Shown: piece by piece, positions 8,699 to 18,056 of the stretch
Numbering within the stretch: position 1 is the first letter of the stretch
How the letters are laid out: every line of letters begins with the position of its first letter
Origin: a virus
Taxonomy: Duplodnaviria > Caudoviricetes
IMG/VR virus record: IMGVR_UViG_3300027320_000012
Span: 1-61,387 of that record
Reading direction: 5' to 3' (one strand)
DNA length: 61,387 bases
Notes under the pieces: generated by a model
Told to the model about the DNA's origin: nothing
What the model saw: the letters and a program-made list of their open reading frames with translations, nothing else
The model's database searches: none
Made by a program: the position numbers and the translations under genes

Positions 8699-11674
8699 AT
8701 GACCGAGCAGAGCGCCCGAGCGCAGATCGTTGAACGCCGCACATACCTCCGCCCCCTTGATAAGAATGGCACTGTCTTCGAAACCCCAGAACAAGCATGG
8801 CGACGTGTTATTGAGCACCAGCACTGGCTTTGGGAACGCGCTAAGGGTGAACCGCTCGACCTGATGGAACTTGCCGAGCTTGAAGAGCTTTACACGCTAT
8901 TCATGGATCGCAAGGTTACCGTATCCGGGCGCACCCGCTGGCTTGGTGGAACAGACGTCGCAAAAGCGCGCGAAGCATCCCAATTTAACCCCCTCCCCCG
9001 TGATAGTTCTTTCATCAGCACCGCAGGAACCGTGTCGTTCGAAGAGTGCGAGGACGGGGACAAGTTTACCGTTATGACCCACACGGGCTCTTGGAAAGAC
9101 GCAACAGTTATGTATGCGGGTGAGCGCGATGTGGTAGAAATCGATCTTATACGTGGGCGCGGTAAAAAGACGATCCGTTCCAGTGTTGACCACACTTGGA
9201 TTCTACGTGACGGTGACCGTGTTATGGCTGATAAATTGGCGTGCGGGGACCAACTATTCGCCGCCCCGGAAGATTCATTCCACGATTGGTCCTATGAAGA
9301 GGCTGACACCGATGAACAGCATTGGTGGGCGTGTGGTTTTGTGTATGGAGACGGGGCTATCGCGTACTCTGGCGGCTCAGAAACATCACGTGTGCGTCTG
9401 TGCGGTAGCAAGGGAGAGTACCTACCAAGATTCACTTCGCTTGGCTTTGGGCACAGCTACCCACCATCCTGCGATGGCGATCCCATAGTATACACGGGGA
9501 AGTATCTCAAAACACTGCCTGACGATGATACGGAACTTCGCCTTATCAAAGCATTTCTACACGGATATTTCACCGCAGACGCGAGCAGAAAATGGCAGCG
9601 CGGAGTCACCAAATTTACTGGAATTTTCTGTGGCGACCCGGATGCGGCGAGCTTTGTGGCAAAGTATGCCCCGGTGTTTGGCCTTTACATCATCAGAGAA
9701 GAGCCGCAATCGGTGCCCACCAACTACGGTACCCGCGAAGGCACCTATCTGTCTTTCACTACCTCCACCAAGCAACTTCTGTGGAAGGTGAAGGAAGTTC
9801 GAGCGGCCCCACCGGAAGAATGCTGGTGTCTTACAGTACACGACGACGACCACTCTTTTGTCATGCCGGATTCCATTGTTTCTGGTAACTGTGCATTTGG
9901 CGAAGTCCAGACTGTGCATGACGTGGTCGATACCATCTGGCTCTTGCTGCAAGGCTGCGGCGTCGGGTTCCGTGGCAACGTTGGTGTCCTTAACGGATTC
10001 ACGCAGCACATCGACGAGATCGAAATCATTCGCTCCGAGAAAAAGCTTCCGGTCGGAGAAGACGGTAAGCCGGTGTCTGATCCATCTTTGAAGGGCAACC
10101 CAAAGAACAAAGAAACGTTCGACAAAGCGACGGGCGTTTGGACGATTGTCGTCGGCGACAGCGCCGAAGCGTGGGCAAAATTCTTCGGCAAGATCATGGC
10201 GTTCAAAGGCCGCGCGAAAAAGATGATCGTGGACTTTAGCGAAATCCGTCCGGCTGGTTACCGCCTGTCTGGTTATGGCTGGATTTCATCCGGCGACGAA
10301 CAGATAGCACTGGCTACCAATGGCATCTTCGATGTGATGAATCGTGCTGCCGGGAAGCTGTTGTCAGCTATGGATATTCTTGACGTCGAGAACTGGCTTG
10401 GAACAATCCTGTCCTCCCGCCGCTCCGCAGAGATCGCCCTGTATCCGTACGGCGAGCCTGAGTGGGAAGACTTCGCTATGGCGAAGAAGGACCACAACGA
10501 GAACGGTATGTGGCATCGCGGAATGTCAAACAACTCTCTCTTGTTTTATCAAAAGCCGACACGCCGCCAGTTGAACAAAATCTTCAAGATGATGGAGCGC
10601 GCTGGCGGGTCCGAGCCCGGCTTCATTAACGCCTTGGCGGCACTGGACCGCGCGCCTTACTTCAAGGGCGTCAACCCTTGCGCAGAAATCCTTCTTGGGG
10701 ACAAGTCGTTCTGTAACCTTGTCGAGACGGCTGTGTCGCGCTTCAACGGGGACGAGCACGGCCTGCACCGCGCACATTACCTTGTGGCACGCGCCAACTA
10801 CCGCCAGACCTGTGTGAACCTAGACGACGGCGTCCTACAGCGCACGTGGCACGAACTGAATGAATTCCTACGTCTCTGCGGCGTTGGCGTCACTGGTATT
10901 GTGGCATGGGAATTCTGGCGCGACCCAGAAGCGTGGGAAGAGCTTCGCGAAGTGGCGCACCGTGGCTGCGACGATATGGCAGACGAACTGTCCCTGCCGC
11001 GCGCCGTCCTCAAGACGACTGTGAAGCCGTCTGGTACGCAGTCCAAGGTGTTTGGCCTCGTTGGTGATGAAGTGCCGGAAGGCGCGCACCTACCGCTCGC
11101 TCGCTACATCATCAACCGCATCAACTTCTCGGCACACGATCCGATGCTGGCGGCGATGATCGACGCGGGCTACCGCACGGAACCAAACCCGTACGACAGC
11201 ACGGCGACCCTCGTTCAAATTCCTGTGGATTACTCCAACATCGAAGGCTTCGAGAAGGTCACGGTCACGAAGAAGAACGGTTACACCGTTGATGTTGAAG
11301 TCAACATGGAACCGGCTATCGACCAGCTTTATCGCTACAAGATTCTGCAAGAACACTACGTCGATCACAACTGCTCGATCACGATCTACTACAGCCCGGA
11401 CGAAGTACCGGCGATGGTTGATTGGCTGATGGACAATTGGGACAGCTACGTCGGTGTGTCGTTCCTCTACCGCCCTGATCCTGTTGCGATGGTGGTGGAC
11501 CCAGAATCCGTAGCCAAATCAGCCGGTTATCCGTACCTCCCTCAAACTCCTGTGGATGAAGAAACATTCCGAGAGTATGCAAACAGCTTGAAGCCTGTAG
11601 ACTTTACAGGTACGGATATGGAACAGATGTTGGACGATATGGAATGTGCAACAGGCGCGTGCCCGATACGATGA
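8699..11674 (+). CDS. nrdJ: class II (B12-dependent) ribonucleotide reductase with intein
   Basis: SQFN/CAF, GVNPCAEI, FCNL, TVKPSGT, C-terminal CATGACPIR; no beta-subunit gene nearby. Confidence 0.92.
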   Translation: MTEQSARAQIVERRTYLRPLDKNGTVFETPEQAWRRVIEHQHWLWERAKGEPLDLMELAELEELYTLFMDRKVTVSGRTRWLGGTDVAKAREASQFNPLPRDSSFISTAGTVSFEECEDGDKFTVMTHTGSWKDATVMYAGERDVVEIDLIRGRGKKTIRSSVDHTWILRDGDRVMADKLACGDQLFAAPEDSFHDWSYEEADTDEQHWWACGFVYGDGAIAYSGGSETSRVRLCGSKGEYLPRFTSLGFGHSYPPSCDGDPIVYTGKYLKTLPDDDTELRLIKAFLHGYFTADASRKWQRGVTKFTGIFCGDPDAASFVAKYAPVFGLYIIREEPQSVPTNYGTREGTYLSFTTSTKQLLWKVKEVRAAPPEECWCLTVHDDDHSFVMPDSIVSGNCAFGEVQTVHDVVDTIWLLLQGCGVGFRGNVGVLNGFTQHIDEIEIIRSEKKLPVGEDGKPVSDPSLKGNPKNKETFDKATGVWTIVVGDSAEAWAKFFGKIMAFKGRAKKMIVDFSEIRPAGYRLSGYGWISSGDEQIALATNGIFDVMNRAAGKLLSAMDILDVENWLGTILSSRRSAEIALYPYGEPEWEDFAMAKKDHNENGMWHRGMSNNSLLFYQKPTRRQLNKIFKMMERAGGSEPGFINALAALDRAPYFKGVNPCAEILLGDKSFCNLVETAVSRFNGDEHGLHRAHYLVARANYRQTCVNLDDGVLQRTWHELNEFLRLCGVGVTGIVAWEFWRDPEAWEELREVAHRGCDDMADELSLPRAVLKTTVKPSGTQSKVFGLVGDEVPEGAHLPLARYIINRINFSAHDPMLAAMIDAGYRTEPNPYDSTATLVQIPVDYSNIEGFEKVTVTKKNGYTVDVEVNMEPAIDQLYRYKILQEHYVDHNCSITIYYSPDEVPAMVDWLMDNWDSYVGVSFLYRPDPVAMVVDPESVAKSAGYPYLPQTPVDEETFREYANSLKPVDFTGTDMEQMLDDMECATGACPIR
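8990..9889 (+). mobile_element. 300-aa intein with LAGLIDADG homing endonuclease, class-3 type (starts with Pro)
   Basis: Removal restores SQFN-CAF; block B SVDHTW, block F ECWCLTV, end IVSGN|C; GFVYGDG and FLHGYFTADA. Confidence 0.88.
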
Positions 11675-11910
11675 TCCAATCCTCGTTCATGATACACACA
11701 CAGGCGGGGCGCTCGTGCCCTTGGTGTGAGAAAGCTGCGGAAGCCCTTGACAACGCGGGGCTTCCGTATATGATACGACCACTTGCACGACCGCAGTTGC
11801 TTGAGGTTGCAGAACGCGCTAAAATGTCAACTGTTCCGATCATTTATCACGGCGTCACGCTGGTTGGAGGGTATGAAGAGTTGATCAAGTACCTAGACGC
11901 CCGAACCTAG
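11671..11910 (+). CDS. glutaredoxin
   Basis: CPWC, TVPII, VGGYEEL; ATGA overlap with RNR stop. Confidence 0.9.
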   Translation: MIQSSFMIHTQAGRSCPWCEKAAEALDNAGLPYMIRPLARPQLLEVAERAKMSTVPIIYHGVTLVGGYEELIKYLDART

Positions 11911-11923
11911 CTAGGAGAAGAAC

Positions 11924-12025
11924 ATGGAAGGACTTATTGGACTCGTCGTCGTTGCGGGCGTCGTTTACTACATCGGCGGCAAGCGCGGCTGGTGGAAGTT
12001 GTTCTGGGTCAAAGACGGCGAGTAA
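11924..12025 (+). CDS. 33-aa single-pass membrane protein (not in ORF track)
   Basis: AGGAG at 11913; MEGLIGLVVVAGVVYYIGGKRGWWKLFWVKDGE. Confidence 0.7.
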   Translation: MEGLIGLVVVAGVVYYIGGKRGWWKLFWVKDGE

Positions 12026-12101
12026 TCGCCGACCAGTACACACACAGAAAACGGCCCGCTGACGCGGGGCGTGTCATACTAGACCCCCGAAAAGGAACAC
12101 T

Positions 12102-12599
12102 ATGTCCGACGAAAATGTTGAACTGAATGCAGGCTTGTTCGCGCAAGAACGTCGCGCGCCTATCATTCATATCCCGATCAAACTTCTATCCCGCAATGCG
12201 CAGATGCCTCACTACGGCAGCAGCGACGCGGCAGGTATGGACCTGTACGCTGATGTGGGAGACCTTGGAGTCGTCCAAATAAATCCCGGTGAGCGCAAGC
12301 TCATCAAGACAGGAATCGCAATGGCGATCCCGCCGGGTTATTACGGAAGAGTGGCCCCGCGTAGCGGGCTCGCAATGAAGAACGGTATTGATATCATGGC
12401 GGGGGTTATTGATGGAGACTACCGTGGAGAAGTCGGCGCAATTCTTATCAACTTCGGCAGTGCCGCTTTCAACGTCCACACTGGCGACCGTATCGCACAG
12501 CTTATCCTTGAACGATATGCACCAGCCTACACGTATAAGGTGGGAGTCCTTCCCGGAACGAAACGCGGAACTGGTGGGTTCGGATCGACTGGAAAGTGA
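12102..12599 (+). CDS. dut: trimeric dUTPase
   Basis: AAGMDL, APRSGLA, GVIDGDYRGE, GDRIAQL, RGTGGFGSTG. Confidence 0.97.
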   Translation: MSDENVELNAGLFAQERRAPIIHIPIKLLSRNAQMPHYGSSDAAGMDLYADVGDLGVVQINPGERKLIKTGIAMAIPPGYYGRVAPRSGLAMKNGIDIMAGVIDGDYRGEVGAILINFGSAAFNVHTGDRIAQLILERYAPAYTYKVGVLPGTKRGTGGFGSTGK

Positions 12600-12693
12600 C
12601 TGGTTCCAAAAGAACCATATGATGGAGTGGAACTGATGCCGTTCATGCGTAAAGATGGCGGGTTCGAATACCCGCCCAACCACAAGTTCGGCG

Positions 12694-13020
12694 TCAGTCC
12701 GCTTCCACGACTTTCGCAGCGTTCTCCGCAGCCTGACGTTGCGCCTCTGCGTTATGGCTGTCAATGGTGCGTACAACGGCTCTCAGGTCACTCTTACACT
12801 CCGCGTGCGCACCGTACACGTCAGGCAACCACGCAGCAACATCACGTTGTGAGGCTGTATCTGGGTTAGGCGGTGCAGGAATGTTTGCGCAAGAACGGTT
12901 CTGCGCCGGGATTGTGACTTCCGTCATTTGTGGTAGGACTTCGAGCTTGATGTCCTTTTCGCCGCAGCTACTCAGAAAGAGCGCGAAGAGTATCACCAAG
13001 AACAGGCGAGATTTCCCCAT
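12694..13020 (-). CDS. o-spanin (lipoprotein)
   Basis: Signal peptide with lipobox FLSSC, Pro-rich, overlaps 3' end of i-spanin. Confidence 0.8.
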   Translation of the reverse strand: MGKSRLFLVILFALFLSSCGEKDIKLEVLPQMTEVTIPAQNRSCANIPAPPNPDTASQRDVAAWLPDVYGAHAECKSDLRAVVRTIDSHNAEAQRQAAENAAKVVEAD

Positions 13021-13312
13021 CTGCTTCTTCTCCCGCTGTGAGAGCTTTGTCACGAATGTCACGAAGCTCTGAGTTACGTAGTACGAGCGCTTGACGCTCT
13101 TCTTCGGCGATGATCAGCGCGTTCTGAATCTGCGCCTTCTCACTTTCAAGATTGGATATACGGGCGTCTCGAATTTCGAGTTGCGCCTCTTGACGTACAA
13201 TCGTCGCAGCATTATCCATGGCTTCGTCAACGAACTGGAATCCTTCGCCCGCCAGATAGATGAAACCAAACGCGAGTGCGATGTACAGGTAGCTTTTTAT
13301 TGAGCCAACCAT
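12968..13312 (-). CDS. i-spanin
   Basis: N-terminal TM helix plus coiled coil, in lysis cassette. Confidence 0.8.
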   Translation of the reverse strand: MVGSIKSYLYIALAFGFIYLAGEGFQFVDEAMDNAATIVRQEAQLEIRDARISNLESEKAQIQNALIIAEEERQALVLRNSELRDIRDKALTAGEEADGEISPVLGDTLRALSE

Positions 13313-13314
13313 TA

Positions 13315-13608
13315 TCAGCCTTTCGGTTGTGTCGAGAACAGCTTGCCGATGCCGCCGTTGTAATCGATCACAGAACCGGAGACGTAGGCAAGGACAGTCG
13401 CTGACGCAATACCTAGCACACCTCTGACGTACAAGTCAAGAAGTGGCGATGCAGCAGCAGGGTACAGCCACCAACCTACCATGGTGACGAGGAACGCGGA
13501 GATCAAGCAGAACGCGGTCACCCACGCAATGTACTTGAAGCGGCGACCACGGTCAACCGGTTCTTTAGGCTTCTGGTCGGCCCCAATGTTTGCGTTCGGA
13601 TCGGACAC
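13315..13608 (-). CDS. putative holin
   Basis: 97 aa, two TM segments, between endolysin and spanins. Confidence 0.65.
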   Translation of the reverse strand: MSDPNANIGADQKPKEPVDRGRRFKYIAWVTAFCLISAFLVTMVGWWLYPAAASPLLDLYVRGVLGIASATVLAYVSGSVIDYNGGIGKLFSTQPKG

Positions 13609-13903
13609 GTTTCAAATACGCCTCAGTTCTGTTCAGTGAATTATGGCAATGGTCCTTCTCGAACAACCAAAAGAACGCGTCTATGCCACGGTGAGCTTGC
13701 TTCCAGAAACCAGAACAGCCTGCACCGTATCTAACGCGCAGGCCTACACAAGCAGAAAAAGTCGGACCCCATGTGCCACCGTGGGAAACATAAAACAACC
13801 AGCGGGACGGCCAAGCAATTATGTCTAGCCAAGCCATGCCTTCGTAACGGGCTCTAACTACCGTCGCACCAATCAAAACTGTAATCAGAGCGCCGGTTAT
13901 CAC
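13565..13903 (-). CDS. membrane-anchored hypothetical protein in lysis cassette
   Basis: GTG start after GGAG; hydrophobic N-terminus; EKDHC motif. Confidence 0.55.
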   Translation of the reverse strand: MITGALITVLIGATVVRARYEGMAWLDIIAWPSRWLFYVSHGGTWGPTFSACVGLRVRYGAGCSGFWKQAHRGIDAFFWLFEKDHCHNSLNRTEAYLKRVRSERKHWGRPEA

Positions 13904-13914
13904 TCCATTCTCCG

Positions 13915-14733
13915 TCAGCTACGACGAAGGTATGCTCCGTGAACCCATCCGTCGTCATCACCGTTGATATCGACACGCTTCCAGCTTCCGTCAGTATCAA
14001 CAACCTTGACAACGTCTCCACGACTAACGCTTGCCTTCGTTCCAAAATTAGTCCCCGGTCCCCAACGTACGTTGAGGGACGAGGCGGTTACTTCGTACAT
14101 GTCGGCGTCGAGGTCTCGGTGCGGTGCCTTGAACAACAGACGCTTGAAGTCTTCCATCGGGAACGACGGGCCGGGGTCGGTCTTCCACCCACGGGTATCG
14201 ATCTGTTCGTGCGAGACGATATCGAGAATGTTGTATTCGTCGATCATGTCTTCGGTGACGGCCTTCACAGCGTCAAGCTGTGCTTTCGGATATGCGGGCC
14301 AGAAGAATTCTCCCCCACCCACACGCGCGTTCTTTGCGACAACACCGGCAGAACCTTTTGGCACACTGGCGACGACACGTCCTTCGGAATCGCGGCGAAC
14401 CCATTGTGAGCCTTCATCACGCAACCAACCGACGTTTACGATCTCGATGCCGATGGCGTGACTGTTGAGCCCGCTGTATCCCATGTGCTTAGACGGGCCT
14501 GCGTGCCACGTCTTGATGTTGAACGGGGCGTGCTGGTATACGGTACCATCTTGTGCGATAGTCAGGTGCGCGCTGACGCGTGACGCTGCCGACTGGAAAG
14601 TGCGGATAGCGCTCTCAGCCGTTGCACCAGCGGTGTAGTGCATGACGATAAACTTTGGCGCGATAAGCCCGCCGATGTTAGGCGTGGGCTTTTCGATTGC
14701 GTACTTGACGCGGTCGTTGGTGATCTCGTTCAT
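13915..14733 (-). CDS. endolysin: N-acetylmuramoyl-L-alanine amidase plus SH3
   Basis: IVMHYTA, VSAHL, WHAG, IGIEIVN, SHEQI...KTDPG; LNVRWGPG...GWVHGAYL. Confidence 0.93.
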   Translation of the reverse strand: MNEITNDRVKYAIEKPTPNIGGLIAPKFIVMHYTAGATAESAIRTFQSAASRVSAHLTIAQDGTVYQHAPFNIKTWHAGPSKHMGYSGLNSHAIGIEIVNVGWLRDEGSQWVRRDSEGRVVASVPKGSAGVVAKNARVGGGEFFWPAYPKAQLDAVKAVTEDMIDEYNILDIVSHEQIDTRGWKTDPGPSFPMEDFKRLLFKAPHRDLDADMYEVTASSLNVRWGPGTNFGTKASVSRGDVVKVVDTDGSWKRVDINGDDDGWVHGAYLRRS

Positions 14734-14854
14734 ATCGGGTACCTCTTGCGGTGGAGTATAGCGCAGATTTCTAAACCAGTCCAGAAGCGGTGGTTTAATC
14801 CACCGATACTTTCAGAATTCGTTTATGGTCCAAGTAGCCCCCCGATGTGTGGTG

Positions 14855-15724
14855 TCAATACCCTAAAAAGTACAACAATATCGTGCCGGACCCCCCCGCA
14901 CCTCCGGGGTCTCCATCACTGGTTGCGGAACTGGTGGCTATACCACCACCACCCCCACCACCCGTAGCGGCAAGACCGGGTTGCCCCGGCCCGAAAGCAG
15001 TATAGCCACCAGTTCCGTCCCCCGCGTCACCCCCACCACCAACACCCCCATCGCCTTGCTGTACATTATTAGAATCTCTGTTACCGCCACCACCACCACC
15101 ACCAAAATATCCGCCATCACCGTATGCAGAGAATCGTGACGAAAGGTATCCACTCCCTCCATCAGCGCCCGCGCCCACACCGGCACCCCCCGCTTGAGTA
15201 GCACCACCACCGCCACCACCTGCTCTAGTTACCGTCGCGGAGCCCCCCGGAAAAGATAACGATGAGCCTGCGGCACCCGGAGTACCCGTAAGATAACTAC
15301 CGTTAAAGTAGACAGAAGAACCTCCTCCAGAGCCTCCCGGACGACCGTCGGCATTCGCGAATGTGGTGTTATCGTGCCCTCCCCCACCACCACCACCTTC
15401 GGCGGTGTAGATGTCGAACGTGGTATCTATTCCGTCGTTGCCGGGTTTACCCCCAGAACCCGCCCCACCAGCGCCAACAGCGTAAGACAAAGACGCTCCG
15501 GGAGTCACCGCTATATTAGTTAGGTTAAGGACCTGCCCCGCGCCCCCACCCCCGCCTCTGGTGCCGCCTTGGCCGCCGCCCCCGACTAGCATGACATCAA
15601 TCAGTTCTACTACACCAGCGGGTACTATCCATGACCCTGACCCGGATAGCTGAACAAAAATTGGAATTTTCCCCTTCGCCGACGCCGCAATCCCAGACAT
15701 CGCATTAAATATGCCTGTTGTCAT
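14855..15724 (-). CDS. glycine-rich tail fibre tip/adhesin-like protein
   Basis: WIVPAGV...VGGGGQGG, many GGGGG motifs, GGSGTILL end; follows fibre gene. Confidence 0.7.
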   Translation of the reverse strand: MTTGIFNAMSGIAASAKGKIPIFVQLSGSGSWIVPAGVVELIDVMLVGGGGQGGTRGGGGGAGQVLNLTNIAVTPGASLSYAVGAGGAGSGGKPGNDGIDTTFDIYTAEGGGGGGGHDNTTFANADGRPGGSGGGSSVYFNGSYLTGTPGAAGSSLSFPGGSATVTRAGGGGGGATQAGGAGVGAGADGGSGYLSSRFSAYGDGGYFGGGGGGGNRDSNNVQQGDGGVGGGGDAGDGTGGYTAFGPGQPGLAATGGGGGGGIATSSATSDGDPGGAGGSGTILLYFLGY

Positions 15725-18000
15725 GTCGTTGTACGCCCGCTTACATAGTAGTTATCGACGTTGAACTTGTCGGGGATCACCACCACGTGAGCATACTGCC
15801 CGTCCGTAATTAGACCTGACGCCGATTTTAATGTGACACCAGCGCCTGCGGTAATTGTCACTGCTCCCGCAGCAGTATCCTGAACAAGCACCATCGGCTC
15901 TGTGCCTATATTACCGGAGTTTATTGTGTAGGTTGCCGCCGCCGCGTTCTTGAAGTACACGGTTCTGTTACCGTAGAAGTCAGAGTTTGGCGCAACACGG
16001 GCGGTCGTGGTTTCCTCAATGGGAAAGTGCGCATTGAGACCAGTGATGATCTCAGTTTGAGGACCTGCGTCGTAGCCAACACAGCGCAGCTTGACAATCT
16101 CGCCAGCAAGGACGTTTGCAGAGTTGTAGAACAGGCCCACTTCCGTGATGTTCGTCATCGTGTTTTCGGTTGCGGTACCGGCGAACACTTCCACCCAATC
16201 CAGACCGTCCGTAGAGAACTGCATGGACGTCGTGCCTGCCGTGTTGGTCAGGCGCATGTAGAACGTGCCCTGACGCGGGAAGTCGTTGTACACGCGGCCA
16301 ATGGCGTCGGTAGCGGCAGTCGATCCAAACGTGGTGTTGGTGTTGTAGAAATCGTGACGGAATTGTCCCGCTTCGTCAATCAAGAATACAGAACGATCCT
16401 GATCCGCAGTGTTCCCGTAGAAGACGCCGATCTCTGCATCTGCATCGTTAGGCAAACGCCCGCGCAATGCAAACACCACATCGAAATCTGATCCACCAGT
16501 GATACCGGTCGCGGTCCCCGCAAAGCCTACGCCCTGCGCACCAACGGTCTCGATCTCCCAAGTCTCAGTACCAGCATCGTAAGCGTTCGTTGTTGGAGCG
16601 CCGCTGTTCAGTGCTGTGAACAGGTTGCCCGGTGCCGACCATCCGGCGAAGCCAAGTGAACGGCCCCCGGTCACAAAAGTATCCGCTGACGCGGACACAG
16701 CTTCGATGGCGAAGAAGGTATCGAGACCCGCCGTTATATTGCGCGCGGTTACGCTTGTTACCTGCACCTCGAAGTAATCTCCGGGGGTAACCGAAAGAAC
16801 AGCCGATTGAACGTTAAGGGATTCTACACCAGTTGTGTCGTTATCAGCACGACCACCACCACGCACCGCCGCGCCATTTTTGAAGATGGTCAGAACGGCT
16901 TCGTCAGCGGCAGTAGCGAACAAAGCGTTTGCTGTAACTCTTACGCGGGACACTCCCGCAGGAACAGTAAGTCTGGACGGGTTGCCCCCGCCTATATCTG
17001 ACCACGCACCGAAGTCGTAATCAGAAGCTTCCCAAGTGAGTATCTCAGGAGTCGCTGCGGCTAGAGCCTCATCTGTGGTGCGATACACCATCGCCCCTCT
17101 GAAACCTCGTGCCGGAGCCACGTCAAACTCAAGACGTGCTACACCTGCGCTTGGGTTAGACACGGTCACCGCGTCCCCAAAGATGTCAAAGGTTGAGAGG
17201 TCTGTGAGCAACGGAACGCTGTTCACCGTAACAGCCGCACCCAACAAGGTGACGTCCGCCGTACCAGCGTTGTTCACCGCTGTAATGTTGTTACCAATAA
17301 AGTTGATAGCGGACGCTGCGGTCGTCACAGCGACGCCCTCTTCCTCGACGTTTACGCCGGGGATATTTACTGCCGCGCTGCTGCCGGTCGGGGTGACCGC
17401 AACACCACCACCAGTGAAGTTGACCACTGTGGTGTCTGTTGTTTGCGAAACAGCATCATCTTGAACGGCAAATCCAGAAAGTGTGACATTTACGCCACCA
17501 CCGCTTAGCGTCGCAGTAACCCCATTACCAATGAAGTTCACGAACGTAGGGTCGGTTACAACGTTTGCACCTTCCTCTTGGAAGATGCGGGCAGGGACGA
17601 AACGAGAGACAAGGACGATGTCGGTACCGTCCGCAAGAACCAGCGCCGAAGAGCTTGCACCCACTAGCACAGTACCACCAGCACCATGCGTTACAGTGAC
17701 GTCACCCGTGCCATTGTTTGACACGATGAAGAAGCGATTGACTGTGATGATCGGGGCCGATCCAACCGTTGTCGGTATCGTCAGGTTGCGCGGGACTGCG
17801 TGCCCCGAGCATCTAAATGCCACGTTTCGGGTAAGCTGCGACTCGGTGAGCGCGACGTTACCTGCGGTCATATCCACGGCTAGAATTCTGTTGATCGCGT
17901 TGTCAATCGCGTTGAATCCGTCATTGTTGAGAAGATACTTTAGGGTATCGTTCTCAGCCATGAGAGGAATTTGTAGCTGTGGGGAATTGCCGTTCGGCAT
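15721..18000 (-). CDS. tail fibre protein
   Basis: DUF2793-like N-terminus, repeated NFIGNxVTA units, C1q/lectin-like segments. Confidence 0.75.
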   Translation of the reverse strand: MPNGNSPQLQIPLMAENDTLKYLLNNDGFNAIDNAINRILAVDMTAGNVALTESQLTRNVAFRCSGHAVPRNLTIPTTVGSAPIITVNRFFIVSNNGTGDVTVTHGAGGTVLVGASSSALVLADGTDIVLVSRFVPARIFQEEGANVVTDPTFVNFIGNGVTATLSGGGVNVTLSGFAVQDDAVSQTTDTTVVNFTGGGVAVTPTGSSAAVNIPGVNVEEEGVAVTTAASAINFIGNNITAVNNAGTADVTLLGAAVTVNSVPLLTDLSTFDIFGDAVTVSNPSAGVARLEFDVAPARGFRGAMVYRTTDEALAAATPEILTWEASDYDFGAWSDIGGGNPSRLTVPAGVSRVRVTANALFATAADEAVLTIFKNGAAVRGGGRADNDTTGVESLNVQSAVLSVTPGDYFEVQVTSVTARNITAGLDTFFAIEAVSASADTFVTGGRSLGFAGWSAPGNLFTALNSGAPTTNAYDAGTETWEIETVGAQGVGFAGTATGITGGSDFDVVFALRGRLPNDADAEIGVFYGNTADQDRSVFLIDEAGQFRHDFYNTNTTFGSTAATDAIGRVYNDFPRQGTFYMRLTNTAGTTSMQFSTDGLDWVEVFAGTATENTMTNITEVGLFYNSANVLAGEIVKLRCVGYDAGPQTEIITGLNAHFPIEETTTARVAPNSDFYGNRTVYFKNAAAATYTINSGNIGTEPMVLVQDTAAGAVTITAGAGVTLKSASGLITDGQYAHVVVIPDKFNVDNYYVSGRTTT

Positions 18001-18056
18001 GTGTCTCTCCTGCGGTGTGCCTTTTTGTACGGGATGCTGCCCGGAATGTCAAGGGA

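Noticed and set aside
14855-15724. CCA/CCG triplet runs as DNA repeat element
   Set aside because: Explained by poly-glycine codons of the fibre-tip protein
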